A stretch of 64,000 nt of DNA from Octopus sinensis (taxonomy: Eukaryota): NCBI RefSeq assembly GCF_006345805.1, contig NC_043005.1:32736001-32800000 (forward strand). The letters are read 5' to 3'. The translations under genes were made by a program, and so were the position numbers. Positions 14,036-26,239 of this stretch are shown piece by piece (position 1 is the first letter of the stretch; each line of letters begins with the position of its first letter). The notes under the pieces are model-generated. The model was not told the origin of the DNA and made no database searches. It saw nothing but the letters and a program-made list of their open reading frames with translations.

Positions 14036-14345
14036 TATCATTATCATTAATATTTACACACTGTAAAGTGGTTAGCATTAGGAAGGGCATCCAGCTATAG
14101 AAACCAAGCCAAATCAGAATGGACAATTCTGGTCAAACTGTTCAGCATGGAAAATGGATGTTAAAGGATGATGATGATTTGGGATTTCTTCTGATCCTTT
14201 ACATTCTGTTGAGGTTATCTTCTATCCTTTCAGGGGTTGATAAAATAAGTACCAGTTGAGCACTGGGGTTGATGTAATCGACTAGCCCTCTCCCACAAAA
14301 TATCTGGCCTTGTGTCTGTAGCTGAAAGGATTGACATTATTATTG
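13175..14345 (+). mobile_element. Head-to-tail array of about 5 SINE family B copies
   Basis: Repeated head AGCTGGCAGAATCRTTAGCA..GAGTTCAAATTC..GAGGTYGACTTT and body AAATAAGTACCAGTT..CACTGGGGTYRATGTAATYGACT, joined by (ATT)n linkers. Confidence 0.85.
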
Positions 14346-14516
14346 TTGTTATTTAAATATTGTCATGATTGACTTTGCATTTCATCTTTACAGACTTGAC
14401 AACATATGTACTAATTAAGTGTTGCACTCAATTTCATTAACTCTACCCTCCCTATAATTTTTGCTGCTGTACCTTTGTTAAGAATTATTTATTTATCTAT
14501 TATTGTTATTATTCAG

Positions 14517-14678
14517 ATACAAATGTAGATCCATCACTTCATGATCGTCAACGACAGCTAAAAAGAGCCAAGCTAGCTGATGGACTCAATGATAAGCTGT
14601 CTCATCGTCCTGGCCCATTGGAACTTGTACAGGGCAACATCCTGCAAGCAAATGAAGAACTAGCAGAAGCTATCAAAG
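14517..14678 (+). CDS. MRTF: MRTF exon, RPEL3
   Basis: attcag acceptor and AAG|gttagt donor. 162 nt, phase 1 to 1. (D)TNVDPSLHDRQRQLKRAKLADGLNDKLSHRPGPLELVQGNILQANEELAEAIK closely matches the MRTF LKRARLADxLNxKxxxRPGPxELVxxNIL consensus. Confidence 0.95.
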
Positions 14679-14724
14679 GTTAGTATCATCAAATAAACAT
14701 ACTTGGGAATGGGCGAATGGGGAC

Positions 14725-14725
14725 A

Positions 14726-14759
<34 letters not shown>

Positions 14760-14910
14760 CATATATATACACACACACACACACTCATATACACACACAC
14801 ACACTCATATACACACACACACACTCATATACACACACACACACACACTCATACACACACACACTCATACACACACTCATACACACACACTCATACACAC
14901 ACACATACGC
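14725..14910. repeat. (CA)n plus CTCATA(TA)CACACAC minisatellite
   Basis: Directly visible. It generates the His/Thr pseudo-ORFs at 14703-15007. Confidence 0.9.
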
Positions 14911-16794
14911 ACACCTTTGTGGATGCATATTGACGAGCATATTACATATTTCCGTCTTATTTGTTGAGAAATTTCTGTTTCTTGGATGTAGGAAATGGTA
15001 TTGTTAAGCCATGTTGCTACAATGTGTGGTTGTTACATTAACCCTGTTCTCCCCATCACCACAACCACTGCTGCTGCCTAAACAATTTGTGTTTTTTTTT
15101 TAATCTCACTAATAACAATAGAATTGTTTCATTTGTTAACTTCACATTTTCTACTATCAACCTTTCCTTGCTCTCCCAAAACGTTTTGTTGTTCTGCCTT
15201 TTCAATCTTGTAACTGCCTACTACCATGTATATGGTTCTAACCAAGTTTGGTACCATGTTAAGGAGATAGCAAAACAATGAAGATTAGACGGTGTTATTG
15301 TTTGCCTGTTTGCATGCACCTTAAAACAGCCTTAATATTGTAGTAAGCTTTTATGAAGACTGCCAATCTATAGTGTAGAAATAATGTTCTATTAGCTGTG
15401 TTCAGTTGGCATTTGATGACATTCTTAAGGTTGATATGTTTTGCTGTTTGACTTCTTAAGGATATATTACAAATAACAGAAATTTTGAAATATTTGAACA
15501 ATGTCATCATACCTTGTATGTTTGTTTGTCATTTTCTTCAGAGGCTTGTTTGCAAAATATAGTTGCAGAAAATAAATCTCAAGGTGGGTTTGTAGTCACG
15601 GTGTTAGTAAAGTATTTGATTGTTTCCATGTGTTAATTAGGTGGTAATAAAGAAATTGAATGATGGCTCCACTATTATATTTGTCTGTTTATCCAAACTT
15701 TGGTACTTCATTGTATATTTTGCCAGATTTGACTCAGACAGAATCAGTAGAATATGCACTGCTGGTAAATAGGATACAATTAATGACCTTTCACATCTAT
15801 TTCAAAATGATTATGTGTATTGGTAAAAGAAATACTTGTTGGTGCTGTTTTGTGGTTGAATGTCTTTACCTAGTGCAAATGACTCGACTATGAAAGGGAG
15901 ATGATTATAATTTCCAACTCAAAAATGATAATGAATTGTCAGGTATGCTTTATCAAGATCAAGCAATACATTTGGCAAGCTTTCAGCATAATATAGTTTG
16001 CTTGTTAATTGTACTTTTATGTGGTCAAACTTTGGCAGTAACTCTGTGCAGTTGGCTGGTTAAGCTTGGCACACGTGCAGTTTTTTTTTTTTTATTTAAA
16101 AAAGAAATAGGTGCATAAAAACTATGAATATCCACTAAATCTATTTTTAGGCTTGTGATTTGCTGCATGCACGTGCACACACACTCGCGTAAATGAGTTT
16201 ATGGGATGAATTGATATATCTCTACTTATTTTTTGTGAATATCAATGTTACAATCAAATAAATATGTGTTGATGAAGTCATACCCAAAACCAAAACCAGA
16301 TGCATTGGCAGAATTTGATACTGTTACAAAACAAATGTGTTTGTAACAATACATAATTTCATCAGTTTTATAAGTGTGTGTGTGTATACACACGCCTTCC
16401 AAGTATTGAAGCAAATATATACATTTGTTTTTACATCTTAATGCTCATTAGATGCTACATATCTTATCAATGAGTCGAGATTAGTGATTTAAAGATAGAT
16501 AATTAATTCCTTCCAGGCATAAACAAAGAAAGAACATTGCTAATATATGTGATATTTAGGATTCAGTCACTTCACTGGATTCTATTGGCAATGATTGGGA
16601 TTAAGTCTGTGAAATTTATAGAATTTACAAACAGGTGTAGGTGTGGCTGTGTGGTAAGGAGCTTGCTTCCCAACCACATGGTTCTGGGTTCAGTCCCACT
16701 ACGTGGCACCTTGGGCAAGTGTCTTCTGCTATAGCATTGGACTGACCAAAGTCTTGTGAGTGGATTTAGTAGACAGAAACTGAAAGAAGCCTGT

Positions 16795-16826
<32 letters not shown>

Positions 16827-16827
<1 letters not shown>

Positions 16828-17420
16828 CAGGTCATTATGAATGAAATGTCCGATTTTAAACTGAAAGTTTATATTACTTTATCTCAAGAAAAAGCAATGC
16901 AATTAATCAAAGTATGCACCTAAATTATCAACACAATTTTGCAATTTTATCAGTAGCTTATTTATGCTGGCAGCAAAGAATTCTGGTGAGCAAGTGGTGA
17001 TGAAATCATGAAAGGCTGTTTTTGCATTTTCTTCAGATTTGAATTTTTTCCCTTACAAAAAGTTGTCTAATGCTTGGAAAACATGATAGTCAGTTGGTGC
17101 AAGGTCTGGTGAATATGGTGGATGACAGAGTACTTCCAAGTTCAGTTTCTGTAACTTCAGTAGCTTTCTTTGTGCAACATGTGGTCAAGAATCAGCCTGT
17201 CTCTATTGACCAATCTGGTTGTTTAATTGCAAGTTCATTCATCATTTCATCCAGTTGGTTGATGTATACATCCACTGCAATTGACTTACCAGGTCTCATG
17301 AAGCTGTAGTGGATGACACCATTGCTTAACCACCGGACACCATTAACTTTTTTTGGTGAATATTCTTTTTTAGATTGTGTTTTGGCACTTTGTCTCTATC
17401 TAACCACTGTGCAGAATGCA
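16827..17420 (-). mobile_element. Mariner (DD34D, cecropia/Hsmar1-like) transposase relic with 3' TIR
   Basis: Minus strand reads SAQWLDRDKVPKH..GVIHYSFMRPGK..RPHVAQ..HPPYSPDLAPTDYH..LDNFL*GKKF..INKL..CVDNLGAYFD* (stop 16903-16905). The HDNA catalytic motif is deleted. TA at 16825-16826 is followed by a TCAGGTCATTATGAATGAAATGTCCG terminus. The other TIR was not found. Confidence 0.9.
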
Positions 17421-19313
17421 TATGGTCTCAGGCCACAATCTGTTTTATATGACTGAAGGTCTTGATGGTATGTAATGAAGCAGATTGGCTGAACTTGGTC
17501 TTCAGATGAGAAGCTCAATAACTTGAGATCAATAAGAAGTGATTGAGAACTCATTATTTATACCTACTAAGGTCACTGACATTATGGGTTACCTTCTGTC
17601 CAATGTTTTGTGATTTCAATACCCTAACATCAATCTTTGATATCAAAGTATTTTGGCTTTAGGATGGATGTTAAATTAATTTCTTGTTAGACTTAATTTT
17701 GGTGTGTTTCTAGTAATTCACCTTTAGAACTCACAATGTCTTGGAGATTAACAATTTCATCTTTTTTATGAGAATATTCTTCTAGTCATACTAAATGTTT
17801 GTAGTAGGAACAGAACAGTATTTGTAGTAGTAGTTGTCTTGTGTGGTCAGTTGTGTTGATATATATATATATATATATATTGTGTTAATATATATTAAGA
17901 CATTCTCAGAATCTGTTAAGTCTAACAGGTAATTCCTGCCACTCTTTTTTCCTGTTGGATACTTTGCCCTTCTTGTTTTGTGGCCTAAAATGCCCAATAT
18001 TTCTTAAGTGCACAAAGAAGCAGATACATTGAAACATACTCAGTAAGATAGCCTATGTGAGATTATTCAGCCCACTTGAAATAGCTGTGACAATGCTTAC
18101 AAAACACACATTGCATCTTAGTAAAAGAAGGCATTAGATAATGTAGTCTGGATTTCACTATGCTTTAAAAAAGACTGTTTTGGTCATAAGTTTGCTTGAT
18201 TGGAGCTAACTTGAACCTAAACAAATTCATCATTATTTTATATTCCAGATTGTTCCATATAGATATCCTGGATTTTTCCCTGAATTGCTTGAATTGAGAA
18301 CAATCTAGAACAAAAAGCTTGTTACGTCCAAGTCTTTTGCTTTGAAACCAGATTTTTGTAGAACTGGTTAGCGTGCATGTGTGTGTGTGTGTGTGTGTGT
18401 GTGTAGGGGGGGGGAGCTTGAAGAGAATTATTTGCAGTGTGAATGTGACAATAGGTTCTGTATATGAAACTGTGGTGGTGGGTAGTCTAGAAGGGTTATG
18501 ATCAAATTATTTGCTGTTTATGGAATAACATGATAACAATACCATACTATCTATACTGGTTATTCTTACAAAAACAATACTAATAAAGGGTGTGTTATAT
18601 ATATAATGACATGTGTGCATCATATAGATAGATTGTTGTTGGTTTGATCTGGAAGAAGGTCTTTCAAGACCAGTAAGACCAATGTCTTGAATAGCTACAG
18701 AGAAACTGAGAGAAGGAATTTCAGAAGGCCTGTGTTTTAGGGGTGAACAACCAGGCATAGTGATTTATATCCATAATTCTCTTATAGTGTTGTTAAGATT
18801 GTTTTATCTGAGAGCCATTTTGACATTTGTTAGATCTCTGGTTTTTTTTTTTTTATCTTGATATTTCACTTGATGGTCATGTTTGGTGTTGGAAGACTTG
18901 TCATCGGTCAGATAGTCAAAGATAGAGTTGTAACTTGATCATGGATACATTAGACATTCATAATTAAATTTTAAATCATATGTTTAATTATGTTGTATTT
19001 AATTACATATATTCATACATTTAATTATATTGTAACGTTTCTCTTCCTTTAGAAGGAATTAGTTAATCTAATTTGTTTACTTAAAATTAAAAAAATCTGT
19101 CCCTCCCACTTTTATCTAAAATATATTATATCTATTGTTTCTGTCTATTTATTTTAACATCTAAACTTAGTGACTCCAACTTCAGGCATTGAGACTGTGG
19201 CAGAATTTCTCTTTTCTTCTCTCTGTGTGTTATCAGTTGCCAAGTTCTGCCTTGGCTTTACAACTTTATCATTATTATTATTATTATTTTATTTTACACT
19301 TACTGACATAATG

Positions 19314-19314
<1 letters not shown>

Positions 19315-19379
<65 letters not shown>

Positions 19380-19425
19380 TTATATATATATTTATTATAT
19401 ATATATTTATTTATATATATATATA
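19315..19425. repeat. (TA)n microsatellite
   Basis: Directly visible. Many others exist, e.g. (TG)n 16795-16825 and 57999-58047, (CA)n/(TA)n 33865-33935, (TAA)n 37328-37367, (TA)n 61520-61570. Confidence 0.95.
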
Positions 19426-19974
19426 TGCTATTTAATAAATAAATAAACTACAAAACAAACAGCAAAAAAAGAAAATAAAACAAATTGCATGCTGTGTTTT
19501 TTATGGCTTTTCCTACTAAGAACTTCTGCCACTATATTTAAATTAAAGGTATCAAACTGAGGGATTTAAGCTCAAAGAAGTTTTTAGCAACTGAACAAGG
19601 TAAATGCTTGTATTTTTTGCTAATAATAATATCTATATACATATCTGTATATATATATTATATATATATCCACAGTCTTCTTTTCCTTTATGTACAATAT
19701 GTTATTGTTGCTGCCCAGCACTGCAAATTCCTGCCACCTCCACCTCTTTCCTGTCCTGCACTATAAATGCAACTGCATGCATTGTTTTCAACTATATTTT
19801 TTTTCCTAGTAATTCACAATTTAGAAAAGGCAATTCTTGTTTTTATTTTTGTGCTAATTTTTTAAATATTTTATGCCCTATTTCTTTTAGATATGAAGCA
19901 GGAGAAAATAAGAACAACATATTTCAAATTCCTTGACTACATAAATCAATGTTGATTATATAAATTAGTAATAA

Positions 19975-20195
19975 TATTAATAATCCCTTTTAGTAAAGGC
20001 ATTAGGCCTAAAATTTAGCAGGATGAGACTAGTTGATTACATCGACTCCAGTGTTTTGCTGGTACTTAATTTATCAACTCCGAAAGGATGAAGGGCAAAG
20101 TTGATCTTGGTGGAATTTGAACTCAGAACATAGCGACAGGCGAAATACTGCTAAGCATTTCGTCCAGCATGCTAACGGCTCTACCAGCTCACCAA
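19975..20195 (-). mobile_element. SINE family B copy
   Basis: Reverse complement of the family B consensus, flanked by TAA runs. Other copies: about 4545-4720(-), 8925-9260(+), 28790-28885(+, head), 31585-32330(+), 38960-39075(-), 50090-50290(+), 62170-62385(+). Confidence 0.8.
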
Positions 20196-21510
20196 TATAA
20201 ATAATAATAATAATAAGTATGTATATAACAAAATAAATCTAAAGAAACACCAACTATCCTTTAATTAGATTATTATGGCCATATTTTGCTGTAAATAAGA
20301 GGTTACTAATGCTAATTAGAATGATCACTATTCAATGAATTTTAGTTATCAATTGCTTATACTGTATAAATTATACTGTGACCACTCTCCATTTTATTAA
20401 ACCAACTGAGTAAATTGCCACTAAGTTGTTATTTTTATCTGCTGCCATTTAGAAATTCTAATTTTCAAATTATATATTTAGTAAATCCTTTCACCAAGAC
20501 GTTGATCTCTAGAAATGAAAAGTGATATCTCTTAAGTATAGCTTCTCCTGCTTCTTTATTATAATATTTCATTGCTTTATTTCTGTTGTATAGCTTGAGA
20601 GTCCAAAGAACTGTTCTGGTTTCATCACTGGATGTATGACATGTTGATACGAGCTTTATACATTTGGAAACCAAGAATAAAGGCCTAAATCTCTATTTTG
20701 GGGGCAAAAACTGGGTACTAAATGATTAGATCAATTATCTCATTATGTAAGAATTAATGAATCTGAGTCCACTTTAGGACCAGGGTTGTAGAGTTATATT
20801 GGCCAGTTTCTGGTGGAGCATTATATTCTGTTTATTGCCATAGCTAAAGTAATGACAAACTTTGTGGAAGCTGTCTGCTAATTCAAGTTGAGTTCCTCAT
20901 CATTTCTTTTACTTTTCTTACCAAAAATAGCTTCTTTCAATTTTTACAAGGTCATTTACAAATGACATCCCGCCAGTGTATTGATTTATATACTTGCTGG
21001 AGTAGGAGTACTTATGCTTCTTTAATTATGAGGCAATCATAGTTGATGTAAGTTTTTGTACAGTACATCTTTTGTGCCAATACTTGCAGATTGCTCCATC
21101 AATTCAGCACATAATTTGCAACCACTGATGTGTTCTGTTAGATATATTGGACACAAAAACAGACACAGCTTTATACTTTATCTTTGTTCTCAGGAAATGT
21201 TTTTTTTTTCTCTCTCTATAAAGCTTTTTTTTTTGTTTCATCATGTCATAGTCAAGTTTTTATTTTACATCCTGGCTTGATAAAATGAGTCTTATAAATT
21301 CTCTTACTAAAATGTGTGACTTTGTACCAATGTTAGAAATCCTTACTCTATATGACATTTATTGAAGTCTGTCAGTTTATAGATTACAATATCTTACTGC
21401 AGATGTGACTAGCTAATTCTAACATCAATGCAAAATTATCAAATTTACAAGAACCTTGACCATTTGACCTACTCCAAATAAAAGTCAAGTCTGTTTTGCA
21501 TGGTTTTCTT

Positions 21511-21725
21511 TTAATCCATTAGCATTCAAGCTAGCCATATCTGGCCAAATAGTCAACCTGTTTTTATGATCAAACCAGCCAGATCTGGCCTCTCACACCT
21601 GCTCTACAATGTCCTTTTAAAAATAAGCAATCTCATATCTACATTATAATGCATGATTAATTCAAAACAATGTGAATGAATAAGCATTACATTTGACTAA
21701 GTTATCTGAATGCTAAAAGGTTTAA
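21511..21725. mobile_element. TTAA-terminated MITE (piggyBac-like ends)
   Basis: TTAATCCATTAGCATTCA (21511-21528) and TGAATGCTAAAAGGTTTAA (21707-21725) are degenerate inverted termini. Confidence 0.65.
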
Positions 21726-24525
21726 GAAGGAGCACAGCATTTAATTTTGCATTCTTCATTTGACTTATTACTACAATTTCAGAATTAGTACAAACACTTT
21801 CTAGAAAAATTACTTGTCATAGTTTAGTATCCTATCCCTGAGGAGATTTGCCTCTCATTTAGCTCAATGATGATAAAATTACAGTTGAGCTCTAGCATTA
21901 ATATTCCCTTTAAAAATATATCTTTTGATTTAGAATATTTTATTTTGTGTCATAGTTTTAACCATCCACACTCACCCTCATGCATTTTGACATCATTGTG
22001 TCTTTGTGAGTAGCTTTGGGTGATGCATGCCTATGTCCTTGTATAGTAGTCTCTGTGATTGTGCATATATGTTCATGTATGCTCGAACCTATTTGTGCGT
22101 ATGATCTGTGAAGTTCTGTGCACTTCAGTAAACTCAAATGTATTCAAGTTAAAAAACAAAATCCATTTATATATTCTGTACATATATATATATATTATAT
22201 ATATATCTTATTTATTTTCCCTCTTTTTCTCTCCTATTTCTCTGTCATTTCTATTGTTCTCTGAAATGATAGCCTTTTACTTTCTCTGGTGACTTTTCAT
22301 TTCTATTTCACCATTTTTGGGAATATGTTTAAATATATTCATTGCATTACTTTATATAGTAATCTTTGCTAACATCATCATTGTTATTGTGAGGGGGGAT
22401 GTTTATTTGGATTGTACATTTGAAATGTAAACTTAATTCATGCACATTGCACATGCATCCACAGATGCATTCTAAGTAAAATTGTTGACCATATTCTCTG
22501 GAAAATTATCAAAAATTATAATAAACAGCATTTCTAAATATAACTTATATTTAAACACAGGGAATGCTTTTAATATCTTGCTCCCCCCCCCCCCATTTAA
22601 TATAAACTTTCTGACATCAATTGTTAGAAAAGTTAAACTAACAGCACACTTTTCTAAAAGCTAACCATGGAATTCAGTCCAGTACCCTTTATACTACATG
22701 ACCCAGTGCCTATTCTAGAAATTATTAAGTAAAGAACCAGTGTATTTTCCATACTCTTTGAGAAAATGTTTATGCCCTACTATTCTGTATAGTGTCCATG
22801 ATGAAAAAAAAGAAAGTGGGCATCAAACTTTTGAGATGAAAGTTCACTGAACAATTGACTCATTGACACTGCATTGTAGATTTGTTTCTAGCTAAGTCTG
22901 TTAGTTCTAAGTAGTTAGTGTAACTTGTATTCTTTTATGGAATTGACATCTTGTTAGAATATAATGCTGGTTGGAAAGAAACCCCAGGCCATCATCTACC
23001 ATCTTATTCAGATAGATTTGTGTCCCTTAATACTAAAGAATGGAGCAGTGTGAAATGAAGCATTTTGCTCAGGAGACCTAACTCCGTGAATGAAAGGGAC
23101 TATCTTTTGATTGAAAAGGGTTCATCTTTTTGAAATCTTTAGATAAGTACTTATATCCAACTCTTAACCACCTCTTGTTCACACGCATTTTTAAAAAGAT
23201 GATTCTTACATCCTTTTATTCAAATCCTATTTTGCAGTGTTTAATAATTTTCCAAAATGAAATGCAATGTCATATCTTGTTAATTAATTATCTGATTGCA
23301 ACTGATGAGTCATGTGACAATAATTCCTATACTTAGCTTTTGTTTACATTTTCGTTTTTGCAATATTGTTTTATTGATCTCTACATAAAACTTAACTATA
23401 AATACTCATTAATTCTTTCATTTCTTCATCAGTGATTCATTCAATCATTCTGTCTCACCAGAATCTGATTTTAGCAAAGAACTTAATTTGGTGTCCCAAC
23501 ACTGAAGTCATCTTCCCTTCTGACCCCCACCTCTCTGCATCTTTTGCTCTTTGTCTTTCACTCTCTTTCACTTGCTTTCTGCTGTTAAATCAGTAAGACA
23601 GTAACCAGTGCCTTGTCTTCACCAGTTCTTATTTCATGAGGTTGTTGGACTTAATGTTTATCAGTTGATGTAATTTAAATATATCATTTGTAGTATTACA
23701 CGTATATGTATTATCTGTGAAATTATATGTATATATGTTTTAGTGGCAACCACAGCTACTATAATTAGCATAAGGATTGTTGCTTGGTTTCTCAGCACTG
23801 TATGCCTTATCTTTGTTTGTGATTCTTCATCTACATTGGAAACTTTACATATAGCAACACAGAATTACTAATTTCATATCATCCCTGTTGTGAAAGATGT
23901 AATATTTAGCTGTGTACTTCTATATAACCATTACTGGTGAATCTATAACCATCTCATCTATATTTATTTCACCTCCAATTTACAAATGAAATTGTCCACT
24001 TGGTCATTTTATTTATTCATTAAATTTTAGTAATTTTTCTGATTAGTTGGAACCATTGTGGCATGGTAAATCATATCAAAACATTTGGTGACAGTGTGTA
24101 ACGGAAATATTCTGGAACAGCAGTGTGAAGAGTTTTTAAAAAGTCTGAAGCAGTTTTCCTACTGAGATGGGGAGATGATACTTAGCAGGGTGTACTTCTT
24201 TCCTTTCTGCTAAGCCTAACAACATTTTCTGTTATTAAAACAAGGCTTTTCTTCAACTTGTTGCAGTTATTTTCTTAGTTGACTTGCTGTAACTACAATG
24301 ACATTCCAGTTGTCAACTAACCATATTTTGATATTGAAATTAATTTGAAAGACCTAGGGAAATTCCTTTCTTTATTCGAAATCTTTGGTTTAGAAAAAAT
24401 TATTTAGAACAATGTGGGTGGGTCTTCCTACAAGTTAGGGCATGGAGTTTCTTCTTGGAAACAACTTTAAACCTTTAGTAATTTAGAAAATACAGTGACA
24501 ATTTTCAGAAGATGTTACTAAACTT

Positions 24526-25618
24526 TTAACCCTTTTGATACCAACCTGCTTGGTACTGCCACAGGCTCTATGTTATGGAGTTCCTGTTTTAAACTGATCT
24601 AAATTAAAATTTGTCATCAAAATTTCATGTTAATTTATGTTCCAGTGACAAAGATATTTTACAAGGAGTACTCAAAAGAAACCGGAATTTTGCAATATTG
24701 TTTTATTCACTTTTACATATTTACACTTTTATTGCTGTCAAAGTATTCTCTAGTTGAAGCAATGCATTGGTCCAAATGTGTTTGCCACTGTTTGAAGTAG
24801 TCTTGAAACTCTTTTGAAGTGATGCCTTTTAACATCTCTGTAATTTTTTCTTCACCTTTTCCGCATCTGCAAAACGTTTTCCATTAAGGACTTTTACTTT
24901 CAGGGAAACAAAAAAAAAAAAGTCGCAGTGAGCAAGATTGGGCGAATAGGGAGGATGGGTAAGCAGGGTCATGCCATTTTTGGTCAAAAGACTGGCTCAC
25001 ACTCAAGGCAGCATGTACAAGCGCAGTGTCATGATGAAACTATCACTCTCCACTTTGTCACAGGTCGGGGCATTTTCATCTCTCTGCATCTCACAGATGC
25101 TTCAGAATTTCCTAGTAAAATGTCTAGTTAACAGTTTGACCAGGAGGAACAAAATCATGTGTGGAGAATTCCTTTCAAATGATGAAACAAATCAGCATCG
25201 TCTTGACATTGGACTTCACTTGACATGCTTCTTTGGGGTCATGGTGACATTGAATGCTTCCATTGACTTGATTGCTGCTTCATTTCTGGGTCGTAGTTGT
25301 AGCACCAGCTGATGACCTTCAAAAAAAGGGTTCAGATCAACTTCTAACTGTTCAGTTTATGGCACACATTCAATTGTGACTGCATTTGATCTACCATGGC
25401 ACACCACATGGCAGTATGACCTCACTTGATGCTGCCGGTTGGCAGAGTGATGTCTGAGGGTCACATCAAGTGGCTTCTAGCAGCAGAAGTCTGAACTACA
25501 TCCGGTTTGCCCCACAGAGAATGTTTCCTGTTACTTTTAGGTACCCCCTCATCATTATTTTCAAAATCAGTTGAACCAAAGACAGTGTATTTCAACAGAA
25601 ATATGGTAAAAATGTTAA
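24526..25618. mobile_element. TTAACCCTT-type MITE split by a mariner insertion
   Basis: The left half (24526-24659) and right half (25554-25618, ending GTTAA) together match the reverse-oriented copy at about 43780-43985. Confidence 0.65.
24660..25553 (-). mobile_element. Internally deleted mariner element with both degenerate TIRs
   Basis: Minus strand reads WCYNYDPEMKQQSSQW..HDTA..FLTKNGMTLLTHPPYSPNLAHCDFF..GKRFADAEKV..QDYFKQWQTHLDQCIAS..EYFD. TIRs acaaggagtactcaaaagaaaccggaa (24661-24687) and ttcctgttacttttaggtaccccctca (25525-25551). Confidence 0.85.
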
Positions 25619-26239
25619 TCTCACAACTGGATGGTTTTACCTAGCTTCTGTTTAGAAGAATGATAGAAGTTATTTTAATTAGCATCTGTTTCTTTGATCA
25701 AACTTAAACTTTCTAGAAGCCTTCAAGAATTGTATTGGAATCGATAAAGAAAGATGAATTGTTTTGATTTCATTGTAAATTCCTTATACTGCTGCCATAG
25801 TTTTTCCAGTCTATTCTACTACTGGCCACTTGGTCAACTTCAATTTCTCCATGCCTCATATTTTGCTTTTTTTCTTACTGATATTAAAATTAATCTGATA
25901 TTAAAATTTTTTTTAAATAAAATTTTAATTTTTCTTGCCTCCATTAATGAACCTAAATGCTAAACAGATTTTCATTAAAACTTTTTCTTTTAAACATCCA
26001 GAAGGTTCTAACCTGTCTATATTCCTTAATTGTGCCTCCCCTGTCACTGCATGCTAATCAAATATTAATAACTTCTACTCATTATTTGCACACCTTGCAT
26101 TAATAATATTTAACGATTTACACCAGTGTATATGCAATTGATATTTTCTTTCTTTCTTTACAATGTTCAAATGATTTAAAAGTGTCACTTTTTTGTGCTT
26201 TCCATTTACATATATTTATTTTGTTGTTTTCCTCTGCAG

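Noticed and set aside
22311-22320. CArG box CCATTTTTGG (SRF autoregulation?)
   Set aside because: Several are expected by chance in 64 kb of AT-rich DNA; an identical 10-mer lies inside the mariner at 24974-24983.
26182-26239. ORF-track N-terminus MSLFCAF.. of the 936-aa ORF
   Set aside because: It is the intronic polypyrimidine tract (GTG start). The real frame enters by splicing at 26240.
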